In this document: piece by piece, positions 49,401-64,000 of the stretch
How the letters are laid out: the number at the start of each line of letters is the position of its first letter
Position numbering within the stretch: the stretch's first letter is position 1
NCBI GenBank assembly: GCA_964016885.1
Contig: OZ024741.1
Coordinates: forward strand, 371,876,001-371,940,000
Origin: Eledone cirrhosa
Taxonomy: Eukaryota
Direction: 5' to 3'
DNA length: 64,000 nt
The notes under the pieces: model-generated
Database searches by the model: none
What the model was told of the DNA's origin: nothing
What the model saw: only the letters and a program-made list of their open reading frames with translations
Made by a program: the position numbers and the translations under genes

Positions 49401-52400
49401 ACAAAAGCTATTCATCACTCAATAGAATCGACAAAAAATGAGCAATAAAATTAACTGGTGGATAGCTAAGTCCAGAGCTAAATATATTAGAAAGATCGAG
49501 TATCGAAAAATCGGCGCACGAGTTCACGATAAACGAGATTCGAAATGAGCGGCAGGGGGCTCAATAATTCAGATGAATCAGAGCTATAACTATCGTTAAA
49601 ATACCGTCACATATAGAACAAGTCTACAATCAACCATACGATTTAAAATCGATAGAGGAAGATTCGGGACAAACAGATAAAAAATATCAATAAAACAATA
49701 CGTCAATAATTTAAATGAATGTAAAATCATACCCGGACCCACTAGACAGGTGTTAAATCTAGCTTCATGGGTTTCTGTAAATCCTTAGACTGTACTCTAT
49801 CAGCTCACATATAAATATAAAAGCCTACTAGAGTAAGCGGAACGGAGTTTTACTTTCTCAACGAGTTTTTTCCTGGCGGCAGAGGAGCCAACTACCAGTG
49901 AAAAACGCACATGGCATTAGACAAGGGAGATGACCCCTATATCCGCGAAAACAATTCGAGTGAATGTGGAAATACACATATCGAATTAGAGTGCTCAATA
50001 GACAAGTTAAAATAAAACAAAAGCTATTCATCACTCACTAGAATCGACAAAAAATGAGCAATAAAATTAACTGGTGGATAGCTAAGTCCAGAGCTAAATA
50101 TATTAGAAAGATCGAGTATCGAAAAATCGGCGCACGAGTTCACGATAAACGAGATTCGAAATGAGCGGCAGAGGGCTCAATAATTCAGATGAATCAGAGC
50201 TATAACTATCGTTAAAATACCGTCACATATAGAACAAGTCTACAATCAACCATACGATTTAAAATCGATAGAGGAAGATTCGGGACAAACAGATAAAAAA
50301 TATCAATAAAATAATACGTCAATAATTTAAATGAATGTAAAATCATACCCGGACCCACTAGACAGGTGTTAAATCTAGCTTCATGGGTTTCTGTAAATCC
50401 TTAGACTGTACTCTATCAGCTCACATATAAATATAAAAGCCTACTAGAGTAAGCGGAACGGAGTTTTACTTTCTCAACGAGTTTTTTCCTGGCGGCAGAG
50501 GAGCCAACTACCAGTGAAAAACGCACATGGCATTAGACAGGGAGATGACCCCTATATCCGCGAAAACAATTCGAGTGAATGTGGAAATACACATATCGAA
50601 TTAGAGTGCTCAATAGACAAGTTAAAATAAAACAAAAGCTATTCATCACTCAATAGAATCGACAAAAAATGAGCAATAAAATTAACTGGTGGATAGCTAA
50701 GTCCAGAGCTAAATATATTAGAAAGATCGAGTATCGAAAAATCGGCGCACGAGTTCACGATAAACGAGATTCGAAATGAGCGGCAGAGGGCTCAATAATT
50801 CAGATGAATCAGAGCTATAACTATCGTTAAAATACCGTCACATATAGAACAAGTCTACAATCAACCATACGATTTAAAATCGATAGAGGAAGATTCGGGA
50901 CAAACAGATAAAAAATATCAATAAAACAATACGTCAATAATTTAAATGAATGTAAAATCATACCCGGACCCACTAGACAGGTGTTAAATCTAGTTTCATG
51001 GGTTTCTGTAAATCCTTAGACTGTACTCTATCAGCTCACATATAAATATAAAAGCCTACTAGAGTAAGCGGAACGGAGTTTTACTTTCTCAACGAGTTTT
51101 TTCCTGGCGGCAGAGGAGCCAACTACCAGTGAAAAACGCACATGGCATTAGACAAGGGAGATGACCCCTATATCCGCGAAAACAATTCGAGTGAATGTGG
51201 AAATACACATATCGAATTAGAGTGCTCAATAGACAAGTTAAAATAAAACAAAAGCTATTCATCACTCAATAGAATCGACAAAAAATGAGCAATAAAATTA
51301 ACTGGTGGATAGCTAAGTCCAGAGCTAAATATATTAGAAAGATCGAGTATCGAAAAATCGGCGCACGAGTTCACGATAAACGAGATTCGAAATGAGCGGC
51401 AGAGGGCTCAATAATTCAGATGAATCAGAGCTATAACTATCGTTAAAATACCGTCACATATAGAACAAGTCTACAATCAACCATACGATTTAAAATCGAT
51501 AGAGGAAGATTCGGGACAAACAGATAAAAAATATCAATAAAACAATACGTCAATAATTTAAATGAATGTAAAATCATACCCGGACCCACTAGACAGGTGT
51601 TAAATCTAGTTTCATGGGTTTCTGTAAATCCTTAGACTGTACTCTATCAGCTCACATATAAATATAAAAGCCTACTAGAGTAAGCGGAACGGAGTTTTAC
51701 TTTCTCAACGAGTTTTTTCCTGGCGGCAGAGGAGCCAACTACCAGTGAAAAACGCACATGGCATTAGACAAGGGAGATGACCCCTATATCCGCGAAAACA
51801 ATTCGAGTGAATGTGGAAATACACATATCGAATTAGAGTGCTCAATAGACAAGTTAAAATAAAACAAAAGCTATTCATCACTCAATAGAATCGACAAAAA
51901 ATGAGCAATAAAATTAACTGGTGGATAGCTAAGTCCAGAGCTAAATATATTAGAAAGATCGAGTATCGAAAAATCGGCGCACGAGTTCACGATAAACGAG
52001 ATTCGAAATGAGCGGCAGAGGGCTCAATAATTCAGATGAATCAGAGCTATAACTATCGTTAAAATACCGTCACATATAGAACAAGTCTACAATCAACCAT
52101 ACGATTTAAAATCGATAGAGGAAGATTCGGGACAAACAGATAAAAAATATCAATAAAACAATACGTCAATAATTTAAATGAATGTAAAATCATACCCGGA
52201 CCCACTAGACAGGTGTTAAATCTAGCTTCATGGGTTTCTGTAAATCCTTAGACTGTACTCTATCAGCTCACATATAAATATAAAAGCCTACTAGAGTAAG
52301 CGGAACGGAGTTTTACTTTCTCAACGAGTTTTTTCCTGGCGGCAGAGGAGCCAACTACCAGTGAAAAACGCACATGGCATTAGACAGGGAGATGACCCCT

Positions 52401-53509
52401 ATATCCGCGAAAACAATTCGAGTGAATGTGGAAATACACATATCGAATTAGAGTGCTCAATAGACAAGTTAAAATAAAACAAAAGCTATTCATCACTCAA
52501 TAGAATCGACAAAAAATGAGCAATAAAATTAACTGGTGGATAGCTAAGTCCAGAGCTAAATATATTAGAAAGATCGAGTATCGAAAAATCGGCGCACGAG
52601 TTCACGATAAACGAGATTCGAAATGAGCGGCAGAGGGCTCAATAATTCAGATGAATCAGAGCTATAACTATCGTTAAAATACCGTCACATATAGAACAAG
52701 TCTACAATCAACCATACGATTTAAAATCGATAGAGGAAGATTCGGGACAAACAGATAAAAAATATCAATAAAACAATACGTCAATAATTTAAATGAATGT
52801 AAAATCATACCCGGACCCACTAGACAGGTGTTAAATCTAGTTTCATGGGTTTCTGTAAATCCTTAGACTGTACTCTATCAGCTCACATATAAATATAAAA
52901 GCCTACTAGAGTAAGCGGAACGGAGTTTTACTTTCTCAACGAGTTTTTTCCTGGCGGCAGAGGAGCCAACTACCAGTGAAAAACGCACATGGCATTAGAC
53001 AAGGGAGATGACCCCTATATCCGCGAAAACAATTCGAGTGAATGTGGAAATACACATATCGAATTAGAGTGCTCAATAGACAAGTTAAAATAAAACAAAA
53101 GCTATTCATCACTCAATAGAATCGACAAAAAATGAGCAATAAAATTAACTGGTGGATAGCTAAGTCCAGAGCTAAATATATTAGAAAGATCGAGTATCGA
53201 AAAATCGGCGCACGAGTTCACGATAAACGAGATTCGAAATGAGCGGCAGAGGGCTCAATAATTCAGATGAATCAGAGCTATAACTATCGTTAAAATACCG
53301 TCACATATAGAACAAGTCTACAATCAACCATACGATTTAAAATCGATAGAGGAAGATTCGGGACAAACAGATAAAAAATATCAATAAAACAATACGTCAA
53401 TAATTTAAATGAATGTAAAATCATACCCGGACCCACTAGACAGGTGTTAAATCTAGCTTCATGGGTTTCTGTAAATCCTTAGACTGTACTCTATCAGCTC
53501 ACATATAAA
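46405..53509. repeat. Tandem array of a 616-bp unit, 11 full copies plus a 331-bp partial, near-identical
   Basis: Unit starts (TATTAGAAAGATCGAG) at 46405, 47021, 47637, 48253, 48869, 49485, 50101, 50716, 51332, 51948, 52563 and 53179; TA arrays on both sides. Confidence 0.98.
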
Positions 53510-56326
<2,817 letters not shown>

Positions 56327-58322
56327 GTATTTACGTATCGAGAAAGAGAGAAAAAGGAGGGATAGGTGATACATATAGTTATTTGCTAAGTAGCGTATGC
56401 CAAAGGTGCTCGATACTAGTGCCGGCAGTATTAAATATTCGAAGTGTTAATATTTAGTGGGCTAGAGAGTTAGCAGAGCGTAAGCCAGTGGGAAAGTAAA
56501 AAATCGGAGAATAGACCGTTAAAACATGTTTATTTAAAATATCACCTACGTACGTTTCGCCCAGTTGGGCTTCCCAAGGGCATAAATAATCACAAGTGTT
56601 CCTTATATAGTTCCGAAAGAGTTTGGGGGGTTAAATCTACATCAAGATTCATTGCTCGCAAAAATATCTTGTTTTGATTTTGCAGCAGGTCAAGGGATGT
56701 AACTCTGGCCGGTGTTAGGGCAGTCTTTCCTGGATAATTTTTTTTTTTTTTGCCGCATCCGTTTGTCTGAGGCTGGGTCTGGTATGCAAGGATTGTTTTC
56801 TGGGTGTTATTTTGCTGCGCCTGCCCGCCGGGGTGTTAAGACTTGTTGCAGGGAGATCCAGTGTACTATTTCACTCTTCATTCTTAACCCATCTAAAGAA
56901 GGATATTTTTAAGCGATGTGTACAACTTATCGCTGTTTCAGCTCTGCTGTTGATGAGCTCGTGGGGTGCAGTTATGATGTGGTAGAGCTCCATGAGGCAA
57001 AGATCGCATTTCCTCTTGAAGTTGTACGGTGCAGCCCTGCCGACAATCTCCCAGTGCGTGGAGAAGCTGATGTTTAAGTCCTTTAGTGATGTGATGTAGT
57101 CCGCGAGCGAAGTTTTCTATTTGTGAAAGAGTGGAGATGTGTTCGAAACCTAATTTTGAACGGGCCGGAGGTGGCCACTATATAATGTTTAACGCTATTG
57201 TGGCTAGTAATAGTGCATCTATATATAACCCTATCAGTCAAGCAGTATCCTCTAAGGGGGCAGCGTCCTCTGTCGCGGCAGTTGCAATTTCTGTCGCGGT
57301 TCCGTCTATTTCCCACGGTAAGGCTATCATTATTGCTGCCTACGTTGTTACCTACGCTACCGCAGCTGTCGTTAGCACAATTACAACCCACAGCACGCGG
57401 GATGGTGCGATTGTTATTCCGCACGTCATGTTCTGCATGTTCCCCAGTCACTTCGCGGTCATTCTGGTTGCGTCTGCGGATACCGCTGCCAACACTATTG
57501 GATGCTGTCAGGGAGTTGTTAAGGCCGATATAGTTATTGTCAGGTGTAGGTGCGTCTGTGTCGAGGTGCTGTGTCTTGGTGATCTTACTGTGGTTCGTTG
57601 TTCCTATGATGTCTGCTAGGTTAGGAGTAGTAGAGAAGGATATTTTTATATTGTTCCTATTAAGAATTTTTCTATACCTATGGTTGGGTGGGAAGTTCTT
57701 CTCTAAGGCTTCGAAGAATATCCGGGGTATGTTGGAGGCCACACTTCGAGAGTAGGGGGGGTGGAACCATAGGACGTTACGGTGGCGATTACGTGTCCTT
57801 GTACTTTTGCTACGGGTGGTTCCATCTAAGTGATCGCTCTTATGTGTGTTAATGCGCTGTCGCCCGTTCGGTGCCCCTTTCACTTTATGCTCGGGTGCAC
57901 TCCTTCTACCTCTTCCATGTTTATGTACACGAAGATGTTGGTTGGAAGGCGTTGGTAGTAGGCCGTCGCCTTTGTTGGTTTTGTAATAGGGGAATAGTTC
58001 TAGTAATCTACAGTGGTCACCGTCGCCGGGGACGTGATCTTTGGTGCGGTTATCTATTCTATTATATCCGACTTTAACGAGGTCGCCGCGTGATCGGTTA
58101 TAGGTATGGCTTACTATAACGTTAGTTTTATGAGGGGGGTGGTTTCTAGAGCTAGCGTTAGAGATGTAGGAAATTCCTCGGTTAAAGCCGGCGCTTATTA
58201 GGGCCCTATTGTAGTAATCAGCCGTTTGGTTGAAGATATCCTCATTGGCGGATAGCCTCGAGATTCTATGTGAGATACTATAGACTATGGAGTTGAGAGT
58301 CTGCTTAGGGTGGTTGGAGGCA
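56327..58322 (-). mobile_element. 5'-truncated Penelope-like element: RT thumb, linker and frameshifted GIY-YIG, with a decayed hammerhead at 56544-56580
   Basis: [29 protein letters not shown] (manual translation), [41 protein letters not shown]...CDLCLME; gccc-aact-gggc GAAAC gtac GTA then AATAAA on -. Confidence 0.88.
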
Positions 58323-58328
58323 TAATTA

Positions 58329-58380
<52 letters not shown>

Positions 58381-58399
58381 GTGTATATAGATATATGTG

Positions 58400-58462
<63 letters not shown>

Positions 58463-58475
58463 GTATATATATATG

Positions 58476-58540
<65 letters not shown>

Positions 58541-58814
58541 GTATATATATATATGTATATATATATGTATATATATATATATGTATATATATATGTATAT
58601 ATATGTATATATATATGTATATATATATATATATGTATATATATATGTATATATATGTATATATATATATGTATATATATATATGTATATATATATGTAA
58701 TATGTATATATATATATATATGTATATATATATGTATATATATATGTGTATATATATATGTGTATATATATATATGTATATATATATATATGTATATATA
58801 TATGTATATATATG

Positions 58815-58845
<31 letters not shown>

Positions 58846-58870
58846 GTATATATATGTATATATATATATG

Positions 58871-59003
<133 letters not shown>

Positions 59004-59014
59004 GTATATATATG

Positions 59015-59047
<33 letters not shown>

Positions 59048-59062
59048 GTGTATATATATATG

Positions 59063-59109
<47 letters not shown>

Positions 59110-59126
59110 GTATATATATATATATG

Positions 59127-59157
<31 letters not shown>

Positions 59158-59184
59158 GTATATATATGTGTATATATATATATG

Positions 59185-59215
<31 letters not shown>

Positions 59216-59247
59216 GTATATATATATGTATATATATATATATGTAT

Positions 59248-59292
<45 letters not shown>

Positions 59293-59379
59293 TGTATATA
59301 TATGTATATGTATATATATATATATGTATATATATATATGTATATATATATATGTATATATATATATATGTATATATAT

Positions 59380-60153
59380 TTATTAAAATAACAGATTAAA
59401 GTTTAAGCAAAGAATCGCTGCTTTCACCCTTAACGGGATCTTTTTCATAAACGCGCAAAGACAGAACCACGTTTATGGTAAAAAAGAGGTCGTAGACTAA
59501 TGTTCTCTTAGGTGGTGCATAGAGACGTTCTCTGGCAATGAACGAAAAAACGAAGATAATAAGTCAAATGTGGAGCGTGGAGAACAATAGCACGCAAAGA
59601 CAAAATCACGTAAATGGTAAGCAGAAGTCGTAGACTAAAATTCTAACTAGGAGTCCAAATGAATCTCCGCTACAGAGTTAAGAACAAAGTAAATAAATAC
59701 AATACAGAAGTAATAGAAACAAATAAATACATACACGCAAACAGATACGTACATACACAAGCATACGCAAAACCTTACCATAGGTATACAAAACCACGCA
59801 CATATAAATATGTGTGTGTGTGTATGCTTGTGTACAAATAAATAAATAATTATATAAACGTATATAAGTAAATAAATACGTATATAAAAAGCGCACACGC
59901 ACACCTACATATAAATACACGCATGTTCGGAGACGTAAGTCAACTAAAACAAGAAGTACACATATAGTTTCAGAAGATCCCGTTAAGAGTGAAAGCAGCG
60001 ATTCTTTGCTTAAACTTTAATCTGTTATTTTAATAAATATTTGCTCTACGGTTCTTATATAATTGATATATATTTTCCTTATCGAGCCCTCTTTGGATTT
60101 TAGTCTTCAATTTTATTATTATTACTATATGTATATATATATGTATATATGTA

Positions 60154-60250
<97 letters not shown>

Positions 60251-60575
60251 ATATATATATATGTATATATATATGTATATATGTATATATATATATGTAT
60301 ATATATATATATGTATATATAATTATTAAAATAACAGATTAAAGTTTAAGCAAAGAATCGCTGCTTTCACCCTTAACGGGATCTTCTGAAACTAACAAAG
60401 TCAATCTGTAAATGCAGAACTGGATATTTCAAAAAACGTTGCAACCGGAGGAAGACAGGAAGACAATATTTTGGTTCGTGGTAACGTTCGCTGGCAAAGA
60501 ACGGGAAAAAACGAATAATACGTCATTAATAGGAGCGGTGAAAAACAATTACGCGCAAAGACAGAACCACGTTTA
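59380..60575. mobile_element. Rearranged pLTR-like element: three copies of a 65-70 bp terminus (59381-59443, 59965-60038 inverted, 60324-60393)
   Basis: TATTAAAATAACAGATTAAAGTTTAAGCAAAGAATCGCTGCTTTCACCCTTAACGGGATCT occurs direct, inverted and direct; ACGCGCAAAGACAGAACCACGTTTATG is also duplicated. Confidence 0.75.
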
Positions 60576-60577
60576 TG

Positions 60578-60628
<51 letters not shown>

Positions 60629-60718
60629 ATATATATATGTATTTATATATATGTATATATATATATGTATGTATATATATATATGTATATATATATATGT
60701 ATATATATATATGTATGT

Positions 60719-60782
<64 letters not shown>

Positions 60783-60858
60783 TATATGTATATATATATA
60801 TGTATATATATATATGTATATATATATATATGTATATATATATATGTATATATATATG

Positions 60859-60891
<33 letters not shown>

Positions 60892-60896
60892 GTATA

Positions 60897-61287
60897 TATA
60901 TTAATAAGAGGAATTCCAACTTTGTCTGATTTACTCGTTTTATTTACAATCCTTTAAAATTTATAATGCTATTAAAATGAAATAGTATGATAGAATATTA
61001 AATTCTAAGTGTTAATTGAACAAGTACTTTCATGCTTTCGCAATCTTCAGGTTCATAATATGTGGTGACAGTCAAGTTTGCAATTTTCAACAGTTGAAAA
61101 TTGCAAACTTGACTGTCACCACATATTATGAACCTGAAGATTGCGAAAGCATGAAAGTACTTGTTCAATTAACACTTAGAATTTAATATTCTATCATACT
61201 ATTTCATTATAATAGCATTATAAATTTTAAAGGATTGTAAATAAAACGAGTAAATCAGACAAAGTTGGAATTCCTCATATTAATATA
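60897..61287. repeat. Near-perfect palindrome (arms of about 195 bp, centre 61092) with an intact minimal hammerhead in each arm (61017-61055 on -, 61129-61167 on +)
   Basis: TTTTCAAC-A-GTTGAAAA centre; tgaac CTGAAGA t-tgc-gaaa-gca-t GAAA gtac TT gttca. Confidence 0.9.
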
Positions 61288-61361
61288 ATCTTCTATACAC
61301 AATCATACACACCCGTGTATATTTATCTATCTATATATATATGTATATATATATATATGTG

Positions 61362-61450
<89 letters not shown>

Positions 61451-61639
61451 GTATATATATATATGTATATATATATATGTGTATATATATATATATGTAT
61501 ATATATATATGTGTATATATATATGTATATATATATGTGTATATATATATATGTATATATATATATGTGTATATATATATATACATATATATATGTGTAT
61601 ATATATATGTGTATATATATATATGTATATATATATATG

Positions 61640-61684
<45 letters not shown>

Positions 61685-61741
61685 GTATATATATATATGT
61701 ATATATATATATGTATATATATATATGTATATATATATATG

Positions 61742-61841
<100 letters not shown>

Positions 61842-62020
61842 TACATATTTATATATATGTATATATATATATATGTGTATATATATATGTATATATATAT
61901 GTATATGTATATATGTATATATATATATATATATGTATATCTATATATGTATATATATATATGTATATATATATGTATATATATATGTATATGTATATGT
62001 ATATATATATGTATATGTAT

Positions 62021-62072
<52 letters not shown>

Positions 62073-62109
62073 GTATATATATATATATGTATATGTATAT
62101 ATATATATA

Positions 62110-64000
62110 TCCTGTTAAGAATCATCCTGTTCAGGGTCTTTGCCACAAGTGACGTCAGTGAGATCCCCCCGGTAGTTGTTGGTGTTAGAGAGATCTCCCT
62201 TCTTTGGCACTGGGACGATGTTACTGATCCTCCACTGATTCGGGGCAACTCCTTTTTCCAGTGCCCCGTTACAGAACCCCAGGATGATATCATCAAAATC
62301 ACACCTCTTCATCACCTCTGATGCCACTCCATCTTCTCCATGATCCTTGCCCTCCTTGATCCTCTTCTTGGCTCTCTGAAGCTCCTCTCAGGTGAAGGGC
62401 TCTGTCTCAACATCCAGTTCCTCAAACAGCCGCCTGTAGGGTCCTAAAATGGTCTAGTCATTTCCTCTTCCTATCCTCGGGCCCCGTTCCCTGGATCTGA
62501 CTCGAACACCTTCTCTTCCTCCCTGTGATCTCGTTGATGATCATCCAGCTCTCCTTACATCCAGATCTGTCAACCGCTCTCTCCAGACTTCTGATCTTCT
62601 CTATCAGTGCCTCCTCTCTGACCTCAGTGTAAGCGGTACAGAGCTCTTCCCTCATCACCTCCATAGTCTCCATCCTCTCCTCCGTAGGATCAGCATAGAA
62701 TTGGTCCCTGGCAGCTTTCAGGTGTTCTCTGGCTGCACACACTTTTGGGTTTGCAGAGCTGACGTGCTTCCCTTTATTCTTTTTCCTCGGCACCAGGGCT
62801 TCACTTGCTTCCGCCACTGCATTGGTGAAGTGCCCGTACCTCCTCGTCACACTCTCCTCAGTCCATCCAATCTCTCTCTCCTCTGACTCTCCACACAGAG
62901 CACTAAAACTGTTTCTCACTTCCACTGTGAACCTCTCCTGTAGCTTATCATCTTCCTTGAAAGCTCCCCAGTCATAGATTGTTCTCCGGGGCTGAGCCTT
63001 GCTCTTTCTTAAGCTCACGCGGACCTCACTCATAACAAGCCGGTGGTCACTACCCAGTGTACTGAAATAGCTGTATGGTTCCGTGTTCAGAACACTATTC
63101 CGCCACTTTTTCCTCACCAGAATGAAATCAATCTGGGACTTGGATAGGTGCATATCTGAGATGTAGGTCCACATCTTCCCCAGATTCTTCCTAAACCTTA
63201 GGTTGGTCGCCATCAAGTTCGCCTCCAGCAGGGTGTCTCTCAGTAGTCTTCCATTTCGGTTGGTGTTGTTATGGAAGTACCAGCAAGGATCTTCACTGCC
63301 CTCCTTACTCAGGTGTGCATTGAAGTCCCCCAAAACAAGCAGGATATTGTGTGCCTGAGTGGTGTTGACAGCTCTACACACCTCCTCATGGAACTCTTCT
63401 GCATTCACATCGCTGTCCCCCTCGGTTGGACTATAGGCTGAGATGACTGTCAGTCTTGGGTTTCCATTGAAGGTCACCCTCAACACTCGCGGGCAGATAG
63501 GCATTATTTCCCTCACCAACAGATTAGTTTTTGCACTGAACACAAAACTCACTCCTCCTACTGCAGCATTTGTTGTGTTCTTCACTGCCGATGTAGTGAT
63601 GAGCTGGCTCTTCTTCCCAATCATGACACTCCTCACGGGTTCATCGTGTAGAATCCTGTGTTCTTGGATCGCAAGTATCTGTATACCACTCTCCTCGAAC
63701 AGATGTCCCAACTCCTCTCTCTTCTCCAGCGTCCGAATAGTCCTCACATTCAAAGTGCCCATATTGATGGCTCTTCTGCAGGACAAAACTGCATTCTTTA
63801 TATTTGTCTCAGAGACAGCTGATCCATCATCCACTGGCCCTCTCTGTGGCTCTAAGCCAGCATAGTCATAACGACCAGGCTGCTCCTTGACAGTGTAATT
63901 AGGGGCTCTAACCCTAGTGCTGTTAGATCGACTCTCCATATTTCTTTTCAATGGTTGACAATACCTTACCGCGCCACTCGAATAAGGTAGTTATTTAACC
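62110..64000 (-). mobile_element. RTE-clade LINE, 5' part: AP endonuclease ORF (62458-63951) plus frameshifted start of RT (62110 to about 62400); 3'-truncated
   Basis: GTLNVRT, LAIQEHR, ISAYSPT, LGDFNAH, SQIDFILV, SDHRLV; then [37 protein letters not shown] ending in (TA)n. Confidence 0.93.

Noticed and set aside
46405-53509. Array as CRISPR, rDNA/5S, snRNA or histone repeat
   Set aside because: No repeat-spacer structure, no recognisable RNA gene motif and no substantial ORF in the unit

Overview
AT-rich eukaryotic (metazoan) genomic DNA. The SINE, RTE and Penelope content and the huge (TA)n/(TG)n compound microsatellites suggest a coleoid cephalopod such as Octopus; this is inference. There is one credible host gene, a class A GPCR with an uninterrupted CDS (32207-33331, +). 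The rest is microsatellite, a 616-bp tandem array (about 11.5 copies), tRNA-derived SINEs, RTE, CRE-like and Penelope (GIY-YIG) retroelement fragments, and a 200-N gap. All the long (YI)n-type ORFs are microsatellite artefacts. The main unannotated signal is a dense set of type I hammerhead ribozyme (HHR) motifs: about 15 motifs with an intact core from about 10 unrelated sequence families, mostly in short ORF-less elements embedded in (TA)n as tandem, inverted or fold-back copies. One family shows compensatory base-pair changes and an inversion junction that maps to the predicted cleavage site. The 616-bp satellite carries a variant hammerhead-like fold in every unit. All structures were paired by eye; no folding or database search was run.
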